The position numbers were made by a program, and so were the translations under genes. From Alphaproteobacteria bacterium (GTDB lineage Bacteria; Pseudomonadota; Alphaproteobacteria; SHVV01), in NCBI GenBank assembly GCA_965261735.1, contig OZ253470.1, forward strand, positions 1,632,001 to 1,696,000: a stretch of DNA of 64,000 bases, written 5' to 3'. The notes under the pieces are model-generated. The model saw only the letters and a list, made by a program, of their open reading frames with translations, was not told the origin of the DNA and searched no databases. How positions within the stretch are numbered: position 1 is the stretch's first letter; every line of letters starts with the position of its first letter. Of the stretch, positions 31,271 to 41,544 are shown one piece after another.

Positions 31271-32647
31271 AGCAGGCTGCTGAAAAAGTCATCATTGCCG
31301 GGCCTTGAACTCGGATTCATCGCCGAAATGAAATGAGATTTCGTGTCTTAGGGTGAAACCGTCTTCAATCTCGACCGATCCGATGCCCTGGGCTTCGTCC
31401 AGTTCGATGATCTACCACTTTGCGGTCAGCGGCGTGCCGGCATCGCCCGTCATGTTGGCGCCTCCGCCAGCAGTCTGGGTAGTCGGACGAGGTTGTAGGC
31501 GGCCAAGGCCAGGGTGAACGAAGCGTCGACCCGGTGGCGGCCCCGGAATTTGGTCTTGCTCAATCCCGCGCTCGTCTTGACCCAGCCGAAGACCTCCTCG
31601 ATGCGCTTGCGGCAACGTTGGCTGACGCCGTAACCGGGATGGCGCGTCGTGCGCCCGTCTATCTTGGTCTTGCGCCGCTTGCCGGTCTTGGTGACGTGGT
31701 CCTGGACGGCGATATGGGGGGTCACCTTGCGGTGCCGCAGTTCCTCGACAAAATCCGCGACGTCAAAACCCTTGTCCCCGCCCACCGTGATCCGACGCCG
31801 CCCGCCTCTACTCTCCACCGGGCGATGCCTGTCGATCAGATCAAGGGCGGCTTCGCGTTCCGCCGTGCCCGACGCAATGGTCACGCCGCCGCCGACTGCC
31901 AGACCATGGCGGTTCTCCGTCAGCGCATGGCCCATGTAACACAGCTTGCTTTCCCGGCCATTACCCTTGCGATAAAGCCGGGCGTCCGGATCAGTGGTGC
32001 TTGCATGGGTCGCGTTCGAGCGTTTCTCGCCATGAAAATCCCGCGCGGCGTTGCGCCCCGATCCCCCGTCGCCATCGTCCTCACCTTTGGGACGAAAGCT
32101 CTTCATCGACGCCCAGGCCTCGATCAATGTTCCGTCTACCGAAAAATGATCCCGGCTCAATAGTCCCCCTACCTTGTGGTGCTGGATAACCCCCGCAAGC
32201 AGCTGCCCCGAAACCTCCGCCTCCAGAAGACGGTCCCGGTTGTGGCAGAACGCGCTGGCGTCCCACACGCCATCGTCCAGCCCAAGCCCCACAAACCAGC
32301 AAAACAGCATGTTGAAGTTTAGCTGCTCCATCAGCTGACGCTCCGAGCGGATCGAATAAAACGCCTGCAACAGTAACGCTCGAAGAAGCTTCTCCGGCGG
32401 GATCGATGGGCGACCCATGTGGGAATAAAGCGTCTCGAACTCCGAAGATAGAGACCCCAATACGTCGTTCACGATCTCACGGATCAGACGCAGCGGATGA
32501 TCATCCGGAACACGCTCTTCCAAGTCTACGTAGCTGAATAAATTGCCACTGCTTTGATCTCGACCCCGCATGCCATCCTCCATCACTCGAAGAAATCACA
32601 GAATCATGTCACAACTGCAAAGGCGAGGACTTTTTCAGCAGCCTGCT
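31271..32647 (-). mobile_element. IS5-family element
   Basis: Perfect 20-bp IR AGCAGGCTGCTGAAAAAGTC; TAG at both boundaries (probable duplicated target). Confidence 0.92.
31450..32571 (-). CDS. IS5-family transposase
   Basis: GRPSIPPEKLLRA, SVDGTLIEAWAS, GGDKGFD and RKRIEEVFGW motifs. Confidence 0.92.
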   Translation of the reverse strand: MRGRDQSSGNLFSYVDLEERVPDDHPLRLIREIVNDVLGSLSSEFETLYSHMGRPSIPPEKLLRALLLQAFYSIRSERQLMEQLNFNMLFCWFVGLGLDDGVWDASAFCHNRDRLLEAEVSGQLLAGVIQHHKVGGLLSRDHFSVDGTLIEAWASMKSFRPKGEDDGDGGSGRNAARDFHGEKRSNATHASTTDPDARLYRKGNGRESKLCYMGHALTENRHGLAVGGGVTIASGTAEREAALDLIDRHRPVESRGGRRRITVGGDKGFDVADFVEELRHRKVTPHIAVQDHVTKTGKRRKTKIDGRTTRHPGYGVSQRCRKRIEEVFGWVKTSAGLSKTKFRGRHRVDASFTLALAAYNLVRLPRLLAEAPT

Positions 32648-32649
32648 AG

Positions 32650-33089
32650 AGCAGAATGTCGAGGAGCTGATTCGGCCGGAAGGGTTGAAGGCGGGCGTGG
32701 ATATCAAGGAAGTCCGTTTCGGTGATCCCGTGATCCCACCGGAACCCCTGCTCGCGCGCCAGCGGGAACAGCTTGCACAGCAGATGAAGAAAGCGTTCGT
32801 CCAGGAACGCGACGCGCAAGCCGAGCGGATCGCCGCGGTACAAGCCGCCGCAACCGCCGACCAGCAGCCACGACTCGTCGAGGCACAAATCGAAGTGAAG
32901 CGATCGGAACAGTTCGCGATCGCCCGGCGAAACGAAGTCCTTGGCGAGCGCGACAAGCTAAATCTCATCGCCGCGGGCCAGAGGGCGCAGGCGCAGGTCC
33001 TCGGTGAGCATCGCGTCGTCGAGCTTAGGAAGTTCGAGCTGGTCGTGGTCGGATCGGCGATTTCTTCGAAAGCAACCCCGGCGTTTTGA
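32650..33089 (+). pseudogene. SPFH/band-7-like protein, C-terminal fragment
   Basis: GVDIKEVRFGDPVIPPE followed by an A/E/Q-rich coiled coil; 5' end cut by IS5. Confidence 0.5.
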
Positions 33090-33408
33090 CCGCGGCTCTC
33101 TCCAATGCACACAAGTTCGTGCCCGAACGGGTCTTCAGCCTCGGTGGAGCGGCTTCCGCGAACAGCCTGGCCGGCGCTGCGGCGGTCCTGGGCGATCTCT
33201 TGAGTGACGACAAGGCCGCGTCCGTCCAGGATCGATAGGCCCCACATTTGACGGCGCGCCTATTCGACGCGTGGGCCAATCGACTGGGCGGCCGGTAGAG
33301 CCGCCGGACATTTCTAGGGGCGCCGGGCGTGAGCCCGTCGCCGTTATCCCTACCGCTGCCGCGCCCACGATACGGACACGTCACGCTCCCTTGCAGGAGA
33401 ATTCCGAC

Positions 33409-34092
33409 ATGACCCCTGCCGCCCTTTCGGGTCCTCGCCTCGCGCCGGCCTCGGGGCGTCCGGCGCGCGAGCTCGTCGTGCTGCTGCATGGCCTCGGCGC
33501 CGACGGCAACGACCTCATCGATCTCGCCCCACACTGGGCGCCACTCCTGCCCGAGACCGAGTTCGTGGCGCCACATGGCGCGCAGCCTTGCGACATGGCG
33601 CCCATGGGCAGGCAGTGGTTCAGCCTGCGCGACCGTTCGCCCGATGCGATGCTCGCGGGCGCGCGGCGCGCGGCGCAGGTGCTCGATGCCTTCCTCGACG
33701 ACGAGCTTGCCCGCCTCGGCCTCGCCGATGACCGCCTTGCCCTGGTGGGCTTCTCGCAGGGGACGATGATGGCGCTGTTCACCGGCCTGCGGCGTGCGCA
33801 CGCGCCGGCCGCGATCGTCGGCTACTCGGGCGCCCTGGTCGGCGCAAGCGTTCTGGCGGACGAGCTGAGCGTCAAGCCGCCGCTCCTGCTCGTCCATGGC
33901 GATCGTGACGAGGTCGTGCCCATCGCGGCCTTTCACGACGCGCTACCGGCGCTGGGCGCGGCCGGGCTGAGCGTGGAGTGGCACGTCTGCGAGGGCCTCG
34001 GCCACGGCATCGACGCGCGCGGCCTCGAACTCGGCGGGGATTTTCTCGCGCGCCGTCTCATGGACGGCACGGCCCTCGCGCCCGACCCGTGA
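33409..34092 (+). CDS. Phospholipase/carboxylesterase (alpha/beta hydrolase)
   Basis: LHGLGADG, GFSQG, HGDRDEVVP, GHGI motifs; AGGAG RBS. Confidence 0.92.
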   Translation: MTPAALSGPRLAPASGRPARELVVLLHGLGADGNDLIDLAPHWAPLLPETEFVAPHGAQPCDMAPMGRQWFSLRDRSPDAMLAGARRAAQVLDAFLDDELARLGLADDRLALVGFSQGTMMALFTGLRRAHAPAAIVGYSGALVGASVLADELSVKPPLLLVHGDRDEVVPIAAFHDALPALGAAGLSVEWHVCEGLGHGIDARGLELGGDFLARRLMDGTALAPDP

Positions 34093-34213
34093 CATCAGCT
34101 CCGGCGGTTCCGGAGCCTGGTTTTTGCTAGTCTTTGCAGGTGCGAGCTTGTATCACTCGGACCGTCAAATCGGCCGTGCGAGTCGCAATCGGCGGTTTTT
34201 GCGGGAGGTCTGA

Positions 34214-34765
34214 GTGCAGGTTCCGCTGGAGAGTTGCCTGGCGCTAGTCCTGAACGCCGACTACCGGCCGTTGAGCTACTTTCCGCTGTCGGTTCTGCCC
34301 TGGCAGGACTCGGTGAAGGCGGTGTTCCTCAACCGCGTCAACATTCTCTCCGAGTACGACCGCAAGGTTCATTCGCCGCGTTTCGAAATGAGGCTGCCGA
34401 GCGTGGTCGCGCTCAAGCGTTACGTGCCTCCGGCGCGCCGGCCCGCTTTTACGCGCTTCAACGTGTTCCTGCGCGACAAGTTCACCTGCCAATATTGCGC
34501 GAGCCACGAGGAGCTGACCTTCGATCACTTGGTTCCGTTCTCGCGCGGCGGGCGGACGACGTGGGACAACGTCGTCGCGGCCTGCTCGTCGTGCAACCTG
34601 AAAAAGGGCGGCCGCCTCCCCGGCGAGTGTGGCATGCATCCGGCGCAGCACCCTCACGTGCCATCGGTTTACGAGCTGCAGCGCAATGGCCGTAGTTTCC
34701 CACCCAACCACTTGCACGAGAGCTGGCGCGACTACCTGTATTGGGACACCGAGCTCGAGGCCTAG
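34214..34765 (+). CDS. HNH endonuclease
   Basis: LVLNADYRPL, RDKFTCQYC, TFDHLVP and ACSSCNLKKG motifs. Confidence 0.92.
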   Translation: MQVPLESCLALVLNADYRPLSYFPLSVLPWQDSVKAVFLNRVNILSEYDRKVHSPRFEMRLPSVVALKRYVPPARRPAFTRFNVFLRDKFTCQYCASHEELTFDHLVPFSRGGRTTWDNVVAACSSCNLKKGGRLPGECGMHPAQHPHVPSVYELQRNGRSFPPNHLHESWRDYLYWDTELEA

Positions 34766-34824
34766 GCGCGGGACCCGCCTCCGGGCGCCCCGGTAGCAAC
34801 CGGCCACACCAACATCGGCCCGAG

Positions 34825-35271
34825 TTAGGTGCCGCGCCCGTCCTCGAGCGCGACGACGGCCAACGGCCGGCGCTCGCCCCCCACGTCGATGTCGCGGGAG
34901 AGCGGTAGGTGGCGCCGGTCTCGCAGCAAGGCACGATCGAGCTCGATGACGTCGTCGAGTATCGAGAGGGATTGCCCTTCGAAGTCCCCGCCGAGTATCT
35001 CGGGCACGGCCGGGTGGTGCGCCAAACAATCGCGCGCGGTCTGGTTGACGAAGGCGAGCTCGAGCGTGGCCGCCGCGCACACGATGACGCCGAGAGGAAC
35101 TCGGTGAATCGCCCCTTCGACGAGTTGGCCGCGCGTGGCGGCGACGATCAGCTCGTCCTCGCAGCGAGACAGCTGCTTCGTCATTTCTTCCGTTCGCCGA
35201 GCGCCGGTAGGCGCCGCCTCGGCCGGCGCAAGGTCGCGGCGGGCGTGCTTCGTCTCCCTGGTCGACTTCAT
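34825..35271 (-). CDS. PAS-domain-like protein (possibly truncated)
   Basis: GVIVC...LAFVNQTA...FEGQSLSIL resembles a PAS fold; no output domain. Confidence 0.45.
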   Translation of the reverse strand: MKSTRETKHARRDLAPAEAAPTGARRTEEMTKQLSRCEDELIVAATRGQLVEGAIHRVPLGVIVCAAATLELAFVNQTARDCLAHHPAVPEILGGDFEGQSLSILDDVIELDRALLRDRRHLPLSRDIDVGGERRPLAVVALEDGRGT

Positions 35272-35354
35272 GAGGGGTGCCCTGTTGTCGTGGCACGGGT
35301 CGTACCACGGGCGCATCGTAGCCGCGGGAGGTTAAGAAGAGCGAAAGTTGCTGG

Positions 35355-36459
35355 CTTGCCTATCCGGTTTACACCCACACCCACTAGGGCTAGAATGGGC
35401 GCAACCCGGATATAGGGGAGCGCGCCATGGATGTTCTCGACCGCGCCGATCTCCCATTCCCGCATTCGCTACCCGAGTTCCAGCGACTTTTCCCCGATGA
35501 TGCGGCCTGCGCCGCCTACCTGGAGAAAGCCCGCTGGGGAGACGGCTTTGCCTGCCCGCACTGCGGCACGGCGGGAGAGCCGTTCCACTTTGAAAACCGC
35601 CCTGGCGTCCTGCGCTGCCGCAAGTGCCGCCAGAACACCGGGCTGACGGTGGGAACAGTGATGGAGCGTAGCCACACTCCGCTGAACGTCTGGTTCTGGG
35701 CCGCTTATCTGGTCGCCAGTCAGACGCCCGGCATGTCCGCCGTGCAGTTTCAGCGGCAACTTGGTCTTTCGCGCTACGAGACGGCCTTTCAAATTCTCCA
35801 CAAGCTCCGCTCGGGCATGGTGCGGCCCAACCAAGACAGGATCGGTGGACAGCCCAAGAACCATGTTGAGGTGGACGAAACCTGGGTTGGCGGGCGAACG
35901 CGTGGGGAAGGCCGTGGTGTTCACCACAAGGTTCCCGTCTCCTGTGCCATCGAGGTGCGTCATCGAAAGCCGGGCACCAAGCTCGACAACCGGAAAGACG
36001 GACGCTATGCCGGACGCGTTCGGCTCGCCGTCGTGCTCGACCGTAGCGCCGAGTCGCTCTGTGGGTTCGTCGAGAGCACCGTCGCGCCGCGATCGCTGAT
36101 CGTTACTGACGATTGGAGCGGCTATGCTGGCCTCGGTAAGCGCGGCTATGAGCACTTCGCTGTTGCCGAGTGTGGTGATCCAGAGGTTGCCGAGCAATAC
36201 CTGCCGATCATCCATCTGGTTTTCGCCAACCTGAAGACGTGGCTGATCGGTATCCACCACGGCGTTAGCCACCAGCACCTACAAGCCTACCTCAACGAGT
36301 TCACCTTCCGCTTCAACAGGCGGTTCTACCCGTTCAACGCCTTCCGCTCATTGCTCGGCATCGCGGGCGACACCTCTGCTCCAACCTATGCCGAGCTTTA
36401 CTCGGGAGAGTGGCGGCACCCTACATGTAGCGGTCATGGGCGTTAACCGGATAAGCAAG
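35355..36459 (+). mobile_element. IS1595-family element, complete copy B (1105 bp)
   Basis: IRs CTTGCCTATCCGGTT / AACCGGATAAGCAAG. Confidence 0.95.
35427..36446 (+). CDS. IS1595-family transposase
   Basis: Zn ribbon, VEVDET, TDDW and HLQAYLNEFTFRFNRR motifs. Promoter TTTACA-N17-TAGAAT lies in the left end. Confidence 0.95.
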   Translation: MDVLDRADLPFPHSLPEFQRLFPDDAACAAYLEKARWGDGFACPHCGTAGEPFHFENRPGVLRCRKCRQNTGLTVGTVMERSHTPLNVWFWAAYLVASQTPGMSAVQFQRQLGLSRYETAFQILHKLRSGMVRPNQDRIGGQPKNHVEVDETWVGGRTRGEGRGVHHKVPVSCAIEVRHRKPGTKLDNRKDGRYAGRVRLAVVLDRSAESLCGFVESTVAPRSLIVTDDWSGYAGLGKRGYEHFAVAECGDPEVAEQYLPIIHLVFANLKTWLIGIHHGVSHQHLQAYLNEFTFRFNRRFYPFNAFRSLLGIAGDTSAPTYAELYSGEWRHPTCSGHGR

Positions 36460-36602
36460 GTTCATTCGACCAATGCCACGTGCCCTTGATGGGCTAGATT
36501 ATAATATCTAATAGTATAGACACTATGCCCTAAGGGTTAGACTGCTCGCCGCCGGTGAGTCGCCGACCCGCCCGCCCAGCGCCGAGGCCCGCTGCGCCGC
36601 TC

Positions 36603-37181
36603 TCACGCGCGTTCGGAGAGCCAGATGGCGAGGCGCGTGCCCGTCTTGATGAGGCCGCTGAGCACCGGGTATCCGGGGGCATCGCGCGCACCCTGTGCGA
36701 TGGCCGTGTCGTGGTGGGCGCGCTCGTCGCTCCGCGCGCGTGCGATGGCGGCGGCGAGTTCGCCCTCGTCCTCGCCGAGCGCCGCCGCCTGCCCGGCGTA
36801 GTGCTCATCGATGGTTTCTTCGACCGCGGCGGTGCATGCCATGGCCGCCTTCTCGCCGAGCAGCGCGGTGCCGACGCCGAGCGCGAAGCCGGCGACCGAC
36901 CACAGCGGCGAGAGCACCGTCGGGCGCACGCGCCGGCGCGTCATCAGCGCATCGAACGTTGCCAGATGCTCCTTCTCCTGCGCCGCCATGTCGCGGATGA
37001 GGCCGGCGCTCGGGCGGGTACCGAGGACCGCGAGCTGGCCGGCGTAGATGCGTACGGCGCCGTGCTCGCCGGCCTGATCGACGCGGATCATGCGCGCGAC
37101 GGCGTCCTCGTGGCTGAGATCACCCGGGAGCCGGCCCGCCCGCACCCGACGCGGTTTGCGCCCTTTGCCGCTGCCGCTCAT
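36603..37181 (-). CDS. coq7: Demethoxyubiquinone hydroxylase (Coq7)
   Basis: RMIRVDQAGEHGAVRIYAGQ, EKEH, VEETIDEHY and DERAH di-iron motifs. Confidence 0.92.
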   Translation of the reverse strand: MSGSGKGRKPRRVRAGRLPGDLSHEDAVARMIRVDQAGEHGAVRIYAGQLAVLGTRPSAGLIRDMAAQEKEHLATFDALMTRRRVRPTVLSPLWSVAGFALGVGTALLGEKAAMACTAAVEETIDEHYAGQAAALGEDEGELAAAIARARSDERAHHDTAIAQGARDAPGYPVLSGLIKTGTRLAIWLSERA

Positions 37182-37693
37182 GGCGTGCGCCCGGGTTGCC
37201 CGGCGCGCCCGGAGTGGTGGGCCGCGGCGAGGCTCGCGGCGGCCAGCGCGGCGGAGGCGAGCACGTTGTATCCGGCCAGCGAGACGCCCAACAGCGACCA
37301 CGCGATCTCGTCGCAGCGGACAAGGGGCGTGCTCTCGAGTTGCTGGCGCAGGGCGGCGGCCGTGTCGGCGCCGGCTGCACCGCCACAGGCGGCACTCACC
37401 CACCAGCCTTGCTCGACGCCGACATGATAGATGCCGACCCCCGCGCCGACCACGAAACCCGCGGCGGCGACGTACATGACGTACATCATGAGTTGGTCGC
37501 CGGCGCTACCGCGCCACAGGGCAACGCCGAGGCACAGGGCAATCGCGAGCGTGTAGGGATAGCGCTGGTAGAGGCACAGCGGGCAGGGCGCGAGGCCTCC
37601 CAGATATTGAAAGGCGAGCGCCGTCGCCAGTACGGCAGCGCTGGCGAGGAGGATCGCGACGGCGGTGCCGCGTTGTCCCAGGGCCGCTCTCAT
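37178..37693 (-). CDS. dsbB: DsbB-family disulfide bond formation protein
   Basis: PCPLCLYQR, YHVGVEQGWW..C and VRCD motifs. Confidence 0.9.
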   Translation of the reverse strand: MRAALGQRGTAVAILLASAAVLATALAFQYLGGLAPCPLCLYQRYPYTLAIALCLGVALWRGSAGDQLMMYVMYVAAAGFVVGAGVGIYHVGVEQGWWVSAACGGAAGADTAAALRQQLESTPLVRCDEIAWSLLGVSLAGYNVLASAALAAASLAAAHHSGRAGQPGRTP

Positions 37694-37736
37694 GCGCAAG
37701 GTATAGCGCCCGCGCCGCGGCGGCGGAAGGCGCGCC

Positions 37737-38318
37737 TCACGCGACGTAGCGGAGGGCCAGGAAGCTACCAATCAGGAGCACCAGAAAGACGGTCGTTACG
37801 ACCTTGAGGTTGCCCTCGACGAAGGCGCGTATCGGCTCGCCGACGTACCACAGCAGCAGAGCCTCGAGGAAGAAGCGCAGGCCCCGCGAGATCCCCGAGC
37901 CAAGGGTGAAGAGGCCGATGTCGAGCTGGGTGACGCCGCTGAGAATCGTGAAGACCTTGTAGGGCAGCGGCGTCAGGCCGGCCGTGAACACGATCCACAG
38001 GCCCCATTCGTTGTAGTTCTCGCGGAACAGTTCGAAGGCATGACCGCCGCCGAAGAGATCGACGAGCGGCCGGCCGACGGTGTCGTAGAGGAAGAAGCCG
38101 ATGCCGTAGCCGGCGATGCCGCCGGCCACGGAAGCCGCGGTGCAAACGCCGGCGATCACCCAGGCGCGCGCGCGCGCGGCCAGCACCATGGGAATGAGGA
38201 GGACGTCGGGAGGAATCGGAAAGAACGAGCTCTCGGCGAAGGCGACGAGAGCCAGCGCCCACAGCGCGCCGGGTTGCGCGGCGAGGCCCATGGTCCACTT
38301 GTAGAGGCGCTCGATCAC
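37737..38318 (-). CDS. YqaA/DedA-family membrane protein
   Basis: FAESSFFPIPPD and TPLPYKVFT motifs. Confidence 0.9.
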   Translation of the reverse strand: MIERLYKWTMGLAAQPGALWALALVAFAESSFFPIPPDVLLIPMVLAARARAWVIAGVCTAASVAGGIAGYGIGFFLYDTVGRPLVDLFGGGHAFELFRENYNEWGLWIVFTAGLTPLPYKVFTILSGVTQLDIGLFTLGSGISRGLRFFLEALLLWYVGEPIRAFVEGNLKVVTTVFLVLLIGSFLALRYVA

Positions 38319-38515
38319 CGATCTTTCCGTGGCATTCGCGGATCGTTCCGTGGCTCTCGCGGCGGCGTCCGGGCCACGAGGACTCGAACCCTACCGCTGG
38401 GTCGGGCGCCGCTGTTCTCACCATGATTGCGCGCAAACGGCAAGAAGTTTTCCGGCGCGGGGCCCGGCCGTCCGGCGCTCAGGCGGACAGCCAGCGCGGC
38501 CCAGGGGCCCCTGCC

Positions 38516-38543
38516 TTGACCCGGGTCCACCCTCGGCTATGAT
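38516..38543 (+). promoter_or_regulatory. Sigma70 promoter for tRNA-Leu
   Basis: TTGACC-N16-TATGAT followed by a GC-rich discriminator. Confidence 0.7.
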
Positions 38544-38564
38544 GCGGCGCGCTCGCGCGCCGGC

Positions 38565-38651
38565 GCCCCTGTGGCGGAATTGGCAGACGCGACAGACTCA
38601 AAATCTGTTGTCCTTCGGGACGTGCCTGTTCGAGTCAGGCCAGGGGCACCA
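38565..38651 (+). tRNA. tRNA-Leu(CAA)
   Basis: GCCCCTG/CAGGGGC acceptor stem, anticodon arm ACAGA-CTCAAAA-TCTGT, long variable arm, TTCGA and CCA. Confidence 0.96.
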
Positions 38652-38687
38652 CCGCGCGGCGGAGGCTAACGGGAGCGAGACGGTTCG

Positions 38688-38924
38688 ATGAAGTTCTATT
38701 CGTTCCAGATCGTGATCGAGAAGGAACTGGCGGACGAGGGTTATCTGGCTTACAGCCCCACCCTTCCGGGCTGCCTCAGTAATGGCGCTACGATCGAGGA
38801 AGCCAAGCGCAACATCCGCGAGGCGATCGAGCTTCACATCTCTGCCCTGCTCGAGCGCTCGGCGCCGGTGCCGCAGAACGACCGACTTGTTCGCGTCGAG
38901 GAGTTGACCGTCGGGATCCCCTGA
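38688..38924 (+). CDS. hicB: HicB-family antitoxin (short)
   Basis: GYLAYSPTLPGCLSNGATIEEAKRNIREAIELH. Confidence 0.88.
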   Translation: MKFYSFQIVIEKELADEGYLAYSPTLPGCLSNGATIEEAKRNIREAIELHISALLERSAPVPQNDRLVRVEELTVGIP

Positions 38925-39151
38925 TGGCCCGCATGCCGCAGGTAACTGCGCCTGAACTGGTGCGGTTCCTCAAGTCACAAGGTTTCGCAGAGCAACGGCA
39001 ATCGGGCAGCCACCTGACGTAGCTTCATGGCGGCCGCAGCGTGTCCGTCACCGTGCCGGTCCATACGGGCGTGGATGTCGGCCGCGGTCTTGCAGTGCGA
39101 ATTCTGCGCGACACCGGCTTCTCGGTCGACGATTTCCTTGCGCTCCGATGA
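38924..39151 (+). pseudogene. hicA: HicA-family toxin with an internal amber stop
   Basis: MARMPQV...GF..QRQSGSHLT*...VTVPVH...RILRDTG; TAG at 39020-39022. Confidence 0.82.
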
Positions 39152-39178
39152 GGCGGTATCGTCGCGCGAGTGCCAACG

Positions 39179-40612
39179 GATCGTGTCCCGCGGAGTGGTG
39201 TAAGAGCGTTGCGCTCTACGCGGCTCCCGGCGGGTAGGGCCGGGACGTTCAGGCTGCCACGGTGGGCAGCGTGATGGGGACACCATCGCTCAGCGGAGCG
39301 ATGGATTCCAGCGTCATGTATCTCCTTGAGACGGCCCACTCGTCGTTCTGCTCGAGAAGGATGGCGCCGACGAGCCGTGTGATGGCGGCTTCGTTGGGAA
39401 AGATACCGACGACGTTGGTGCGACGCTTGACCTCGGCATGGAGCCGTTCGATCGGGTTTGTGGAGTGCAATTTCTGGCGGTGCTCCCTGGGGAAGCTCAT
39501 GTAGGCGAGGACGTCGTGCTCGGCTTCGTCCATGAGAACTGCCAGCTTGGGCACCTTGGGCCTGAGCTGGTCGGCGACCTGGCGCCACTGGACCTTCGCG
39601 CTGTCGGCGTCCTCCTGGGCGAAGGCGGAGACGACGCGCCGGCCCTGGCGGCCGGCATGGGCCAGCAGGTTGCGGGCGAAGTGCACGCGGCAGCGCTGCC
39701 ATGTGGCGCCGAGGATCCGGGTCGCGGCGGCCTTCAGGCCCTTGTGGTCGTCGGAGATCACCAGCTTCACGCCGCGCAGCCCGCGCCGGGCCAGCGAGCG
39801 CAGGAACTCGGTCCAGAAGGTCTCGGCCTCCGACGCGCCGATCGCCACGCCCAGGACCTCGCGGCGGCCTTGGTCGTTGACGGCCACAGCCACGGTCACC
39901 GCGACCGAGACGATGCGTCCGGTCTGGCGCACCTTCACGTAGGTGGCGTCGAGCCACAGATAGGGCCAGTCGCCCTCCAGCGGTCGATCGAGGAAGCCGG
40001 TGACCTTATCGTCGATCTCGCCGCACAGCCTGGAGACCTGGCTCTTGGAGGCGCCCGACATCCCCATCGCCTGAACCAGATCGTCGACCGAGCGGGTCGA
40101 CACCCCCTGGATGTAGGCCTCCTGGATCACCGCAGCCAGCGCCTTCTCGGCCATCCGCCGCGGCTCCAGGAAGCCCGGGAAGTAGCTTCCCTTCCTCAGC
40201 TTCGGGATCTTCAGCTCGACCGTGCCGGCCCGCGTCTCCCAGGACCGGTCGCGGTAGCCGTTGCGATGGGTGATACGATCCGCCGAGCGCTCGCCGTGCC
40301 CGGCGCCGGTCAGGCCCTCAACCTCCAGTGCCATCAGCCGCTCGGCCGTGAAGCCGATCATCTCGCAAAGCAGATCGGCATCGGAGCTCTTCTCCAAAAG
40401 CGCGCGCAGGGTCATCATGTCCTGGGTCATCGTGGTTCTCCTTCGGGTCAGGTTGGTTTGCACTAGCCCAACCCTAAACCGGAACCGCGATGGCCTCCGC
40501 TGTGGATAGCCGGCTTGCCTACGCCAGACTCTCGGCGGTCGCTACGGCAAGCCGCCTACCCACAGCTACCAGAGGCTCCAACAACTCCTACACCACGTCC
40601 TGGGACACGACC
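39179..40612 (-). mobile_element. IS256-family element
   Basis: IRs G(A/G)TCGTGTCCC...GTGGTGTA at both ends. Confidence 0.93.
39249..40430 (-). CDS. IS256-family transposase
   Basis: [38 protein letters not shown] and STNPIER motifs. Confidence 0.93.
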   Translation of the reverse strand: MTQDMMTLRALLEKSSDADLLCEMIGFTAERLMALEVEGLTGAGHGERSADRITHRNGYRDRSWETRAGTVELKIPKLRKGSYFPGFLEPRRMAEKALAAVIQEAYIQGVSTRSVDDLVQAMGMSGASKSQVSRLCGEIDDKVTGFLDRPLEGDWPYLWLDATYVKVRQTGRIVSVAVTVAVAVNDQGRREVLGVAIGASEAETFWTEFLRSLARRGLRGVKLVISDDHKGLKAAATRILGATWQRCRVHFARNLLAHAGRQGRRVVSAFAQEDADSAKVQWRQVADQLRPKVPKLAVLMDEAEHDVLAYMSFPREHRQKLHSTNPIERLHAEVKRRTNVVGIFPNEAAITRLVGAILLEQNDEWAVSRRYMTLESIAPLSDGVPITLPTVAA

Positions 40613-41531
40613 GCTCTTGAGTACAATACTTCCAAGATTCGCGTGAGCTGCTTTGCACCTTTCAGGTTTGCATTGCTCAGATTTGCTCCTTACAAATCCG
40701 CATAGCTCAGATCGGCGCTGCTTAAGTTCGCATTGCTCAAGTCGGCCCGAACCAGGAAACTGTTTGTCAGTTTGGCCTTGGCCAGGATGCATCGACTGAG
40801 ATCAGCACCACTTAGGAACACACCGGTAAGGTCTACGTTGTTCAAGCTTGTTCCTGCCAAGTTCGCGCGACGTCCGTCAGAACCGCCTGAGTCCTCCCAA
40901 AGGGCATGATTGCGCAACATTGTCTGGAGGCTTGATGGGAGATGGCTGGTTGCGCGACTAACATTTGCGTCGCTGAGGTCAACACTGGAAAGATCTACAC
41001 CTGTTAGAATAACGCCGCGCATGTTTGCGCCTTTCATCCTTGCTTGCGTAAGGGTAGCCCTTGTGAGGATGGCACCGGTCAGATTTACGTTATTGAGCCG
41101 GGCTGAATCCAAGCTTGCGTCCGTAAGATCAGCTCCGCGCATATCGGCGTTTGCCAGCAGAGCCTCCTTGAAACTCGCCTTCACCATCGAGGCATTGCGC
41201 AAGTTCGCACTGTCGAGATTGCCCTTTTCGAAATCCGACTCATCAAGGTTGGTTTCGAAAAGGTCTGTACCTTCCGGTTTTCCTGCGGCTGCTACAAGAG
41301 CACCAGCCCTTAGATCAGCTTCGCGCAGCACAGCACCTTCCAATTTCGCTCCGTGAAACCGAACACCGCGTAAATCCGCACGAAAAAAGTTGGCCCGAGT
41401 TAAGTCGGAATGCTCGAAGTTCGCCCCAAATAAATCTGCAAAACCGAAATCTCCGTTTGCGAGCACACAGCGGCTAAAGTCGCAACCAGCAAGGGAGGCA
41501 TCCTGAAGATTGATTTTTGGGAGCTTCAAGC
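40613..41531 (-). pseudogene. Pentapeptide-repeat protein fragment between IS256 and IS1595
   Basis: A(D/N)LXX repeats throughout. The 5' end is cut by IS1595, and the repeats continue past the TAA at 40690. Confidence 0.85.
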
Positions 41532-41544
41532 CTTGCCTATCCGG

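Noticed and set aside
34214-34765. HNH nuclease as an RNA-guided (IscB/Cas9-like) or defence effector
   Set aside because: It is a small stand-alone HNH in a typical core context beside a carboxylesterase, with no RuvC motifs and no adjacent array or ncRNA.
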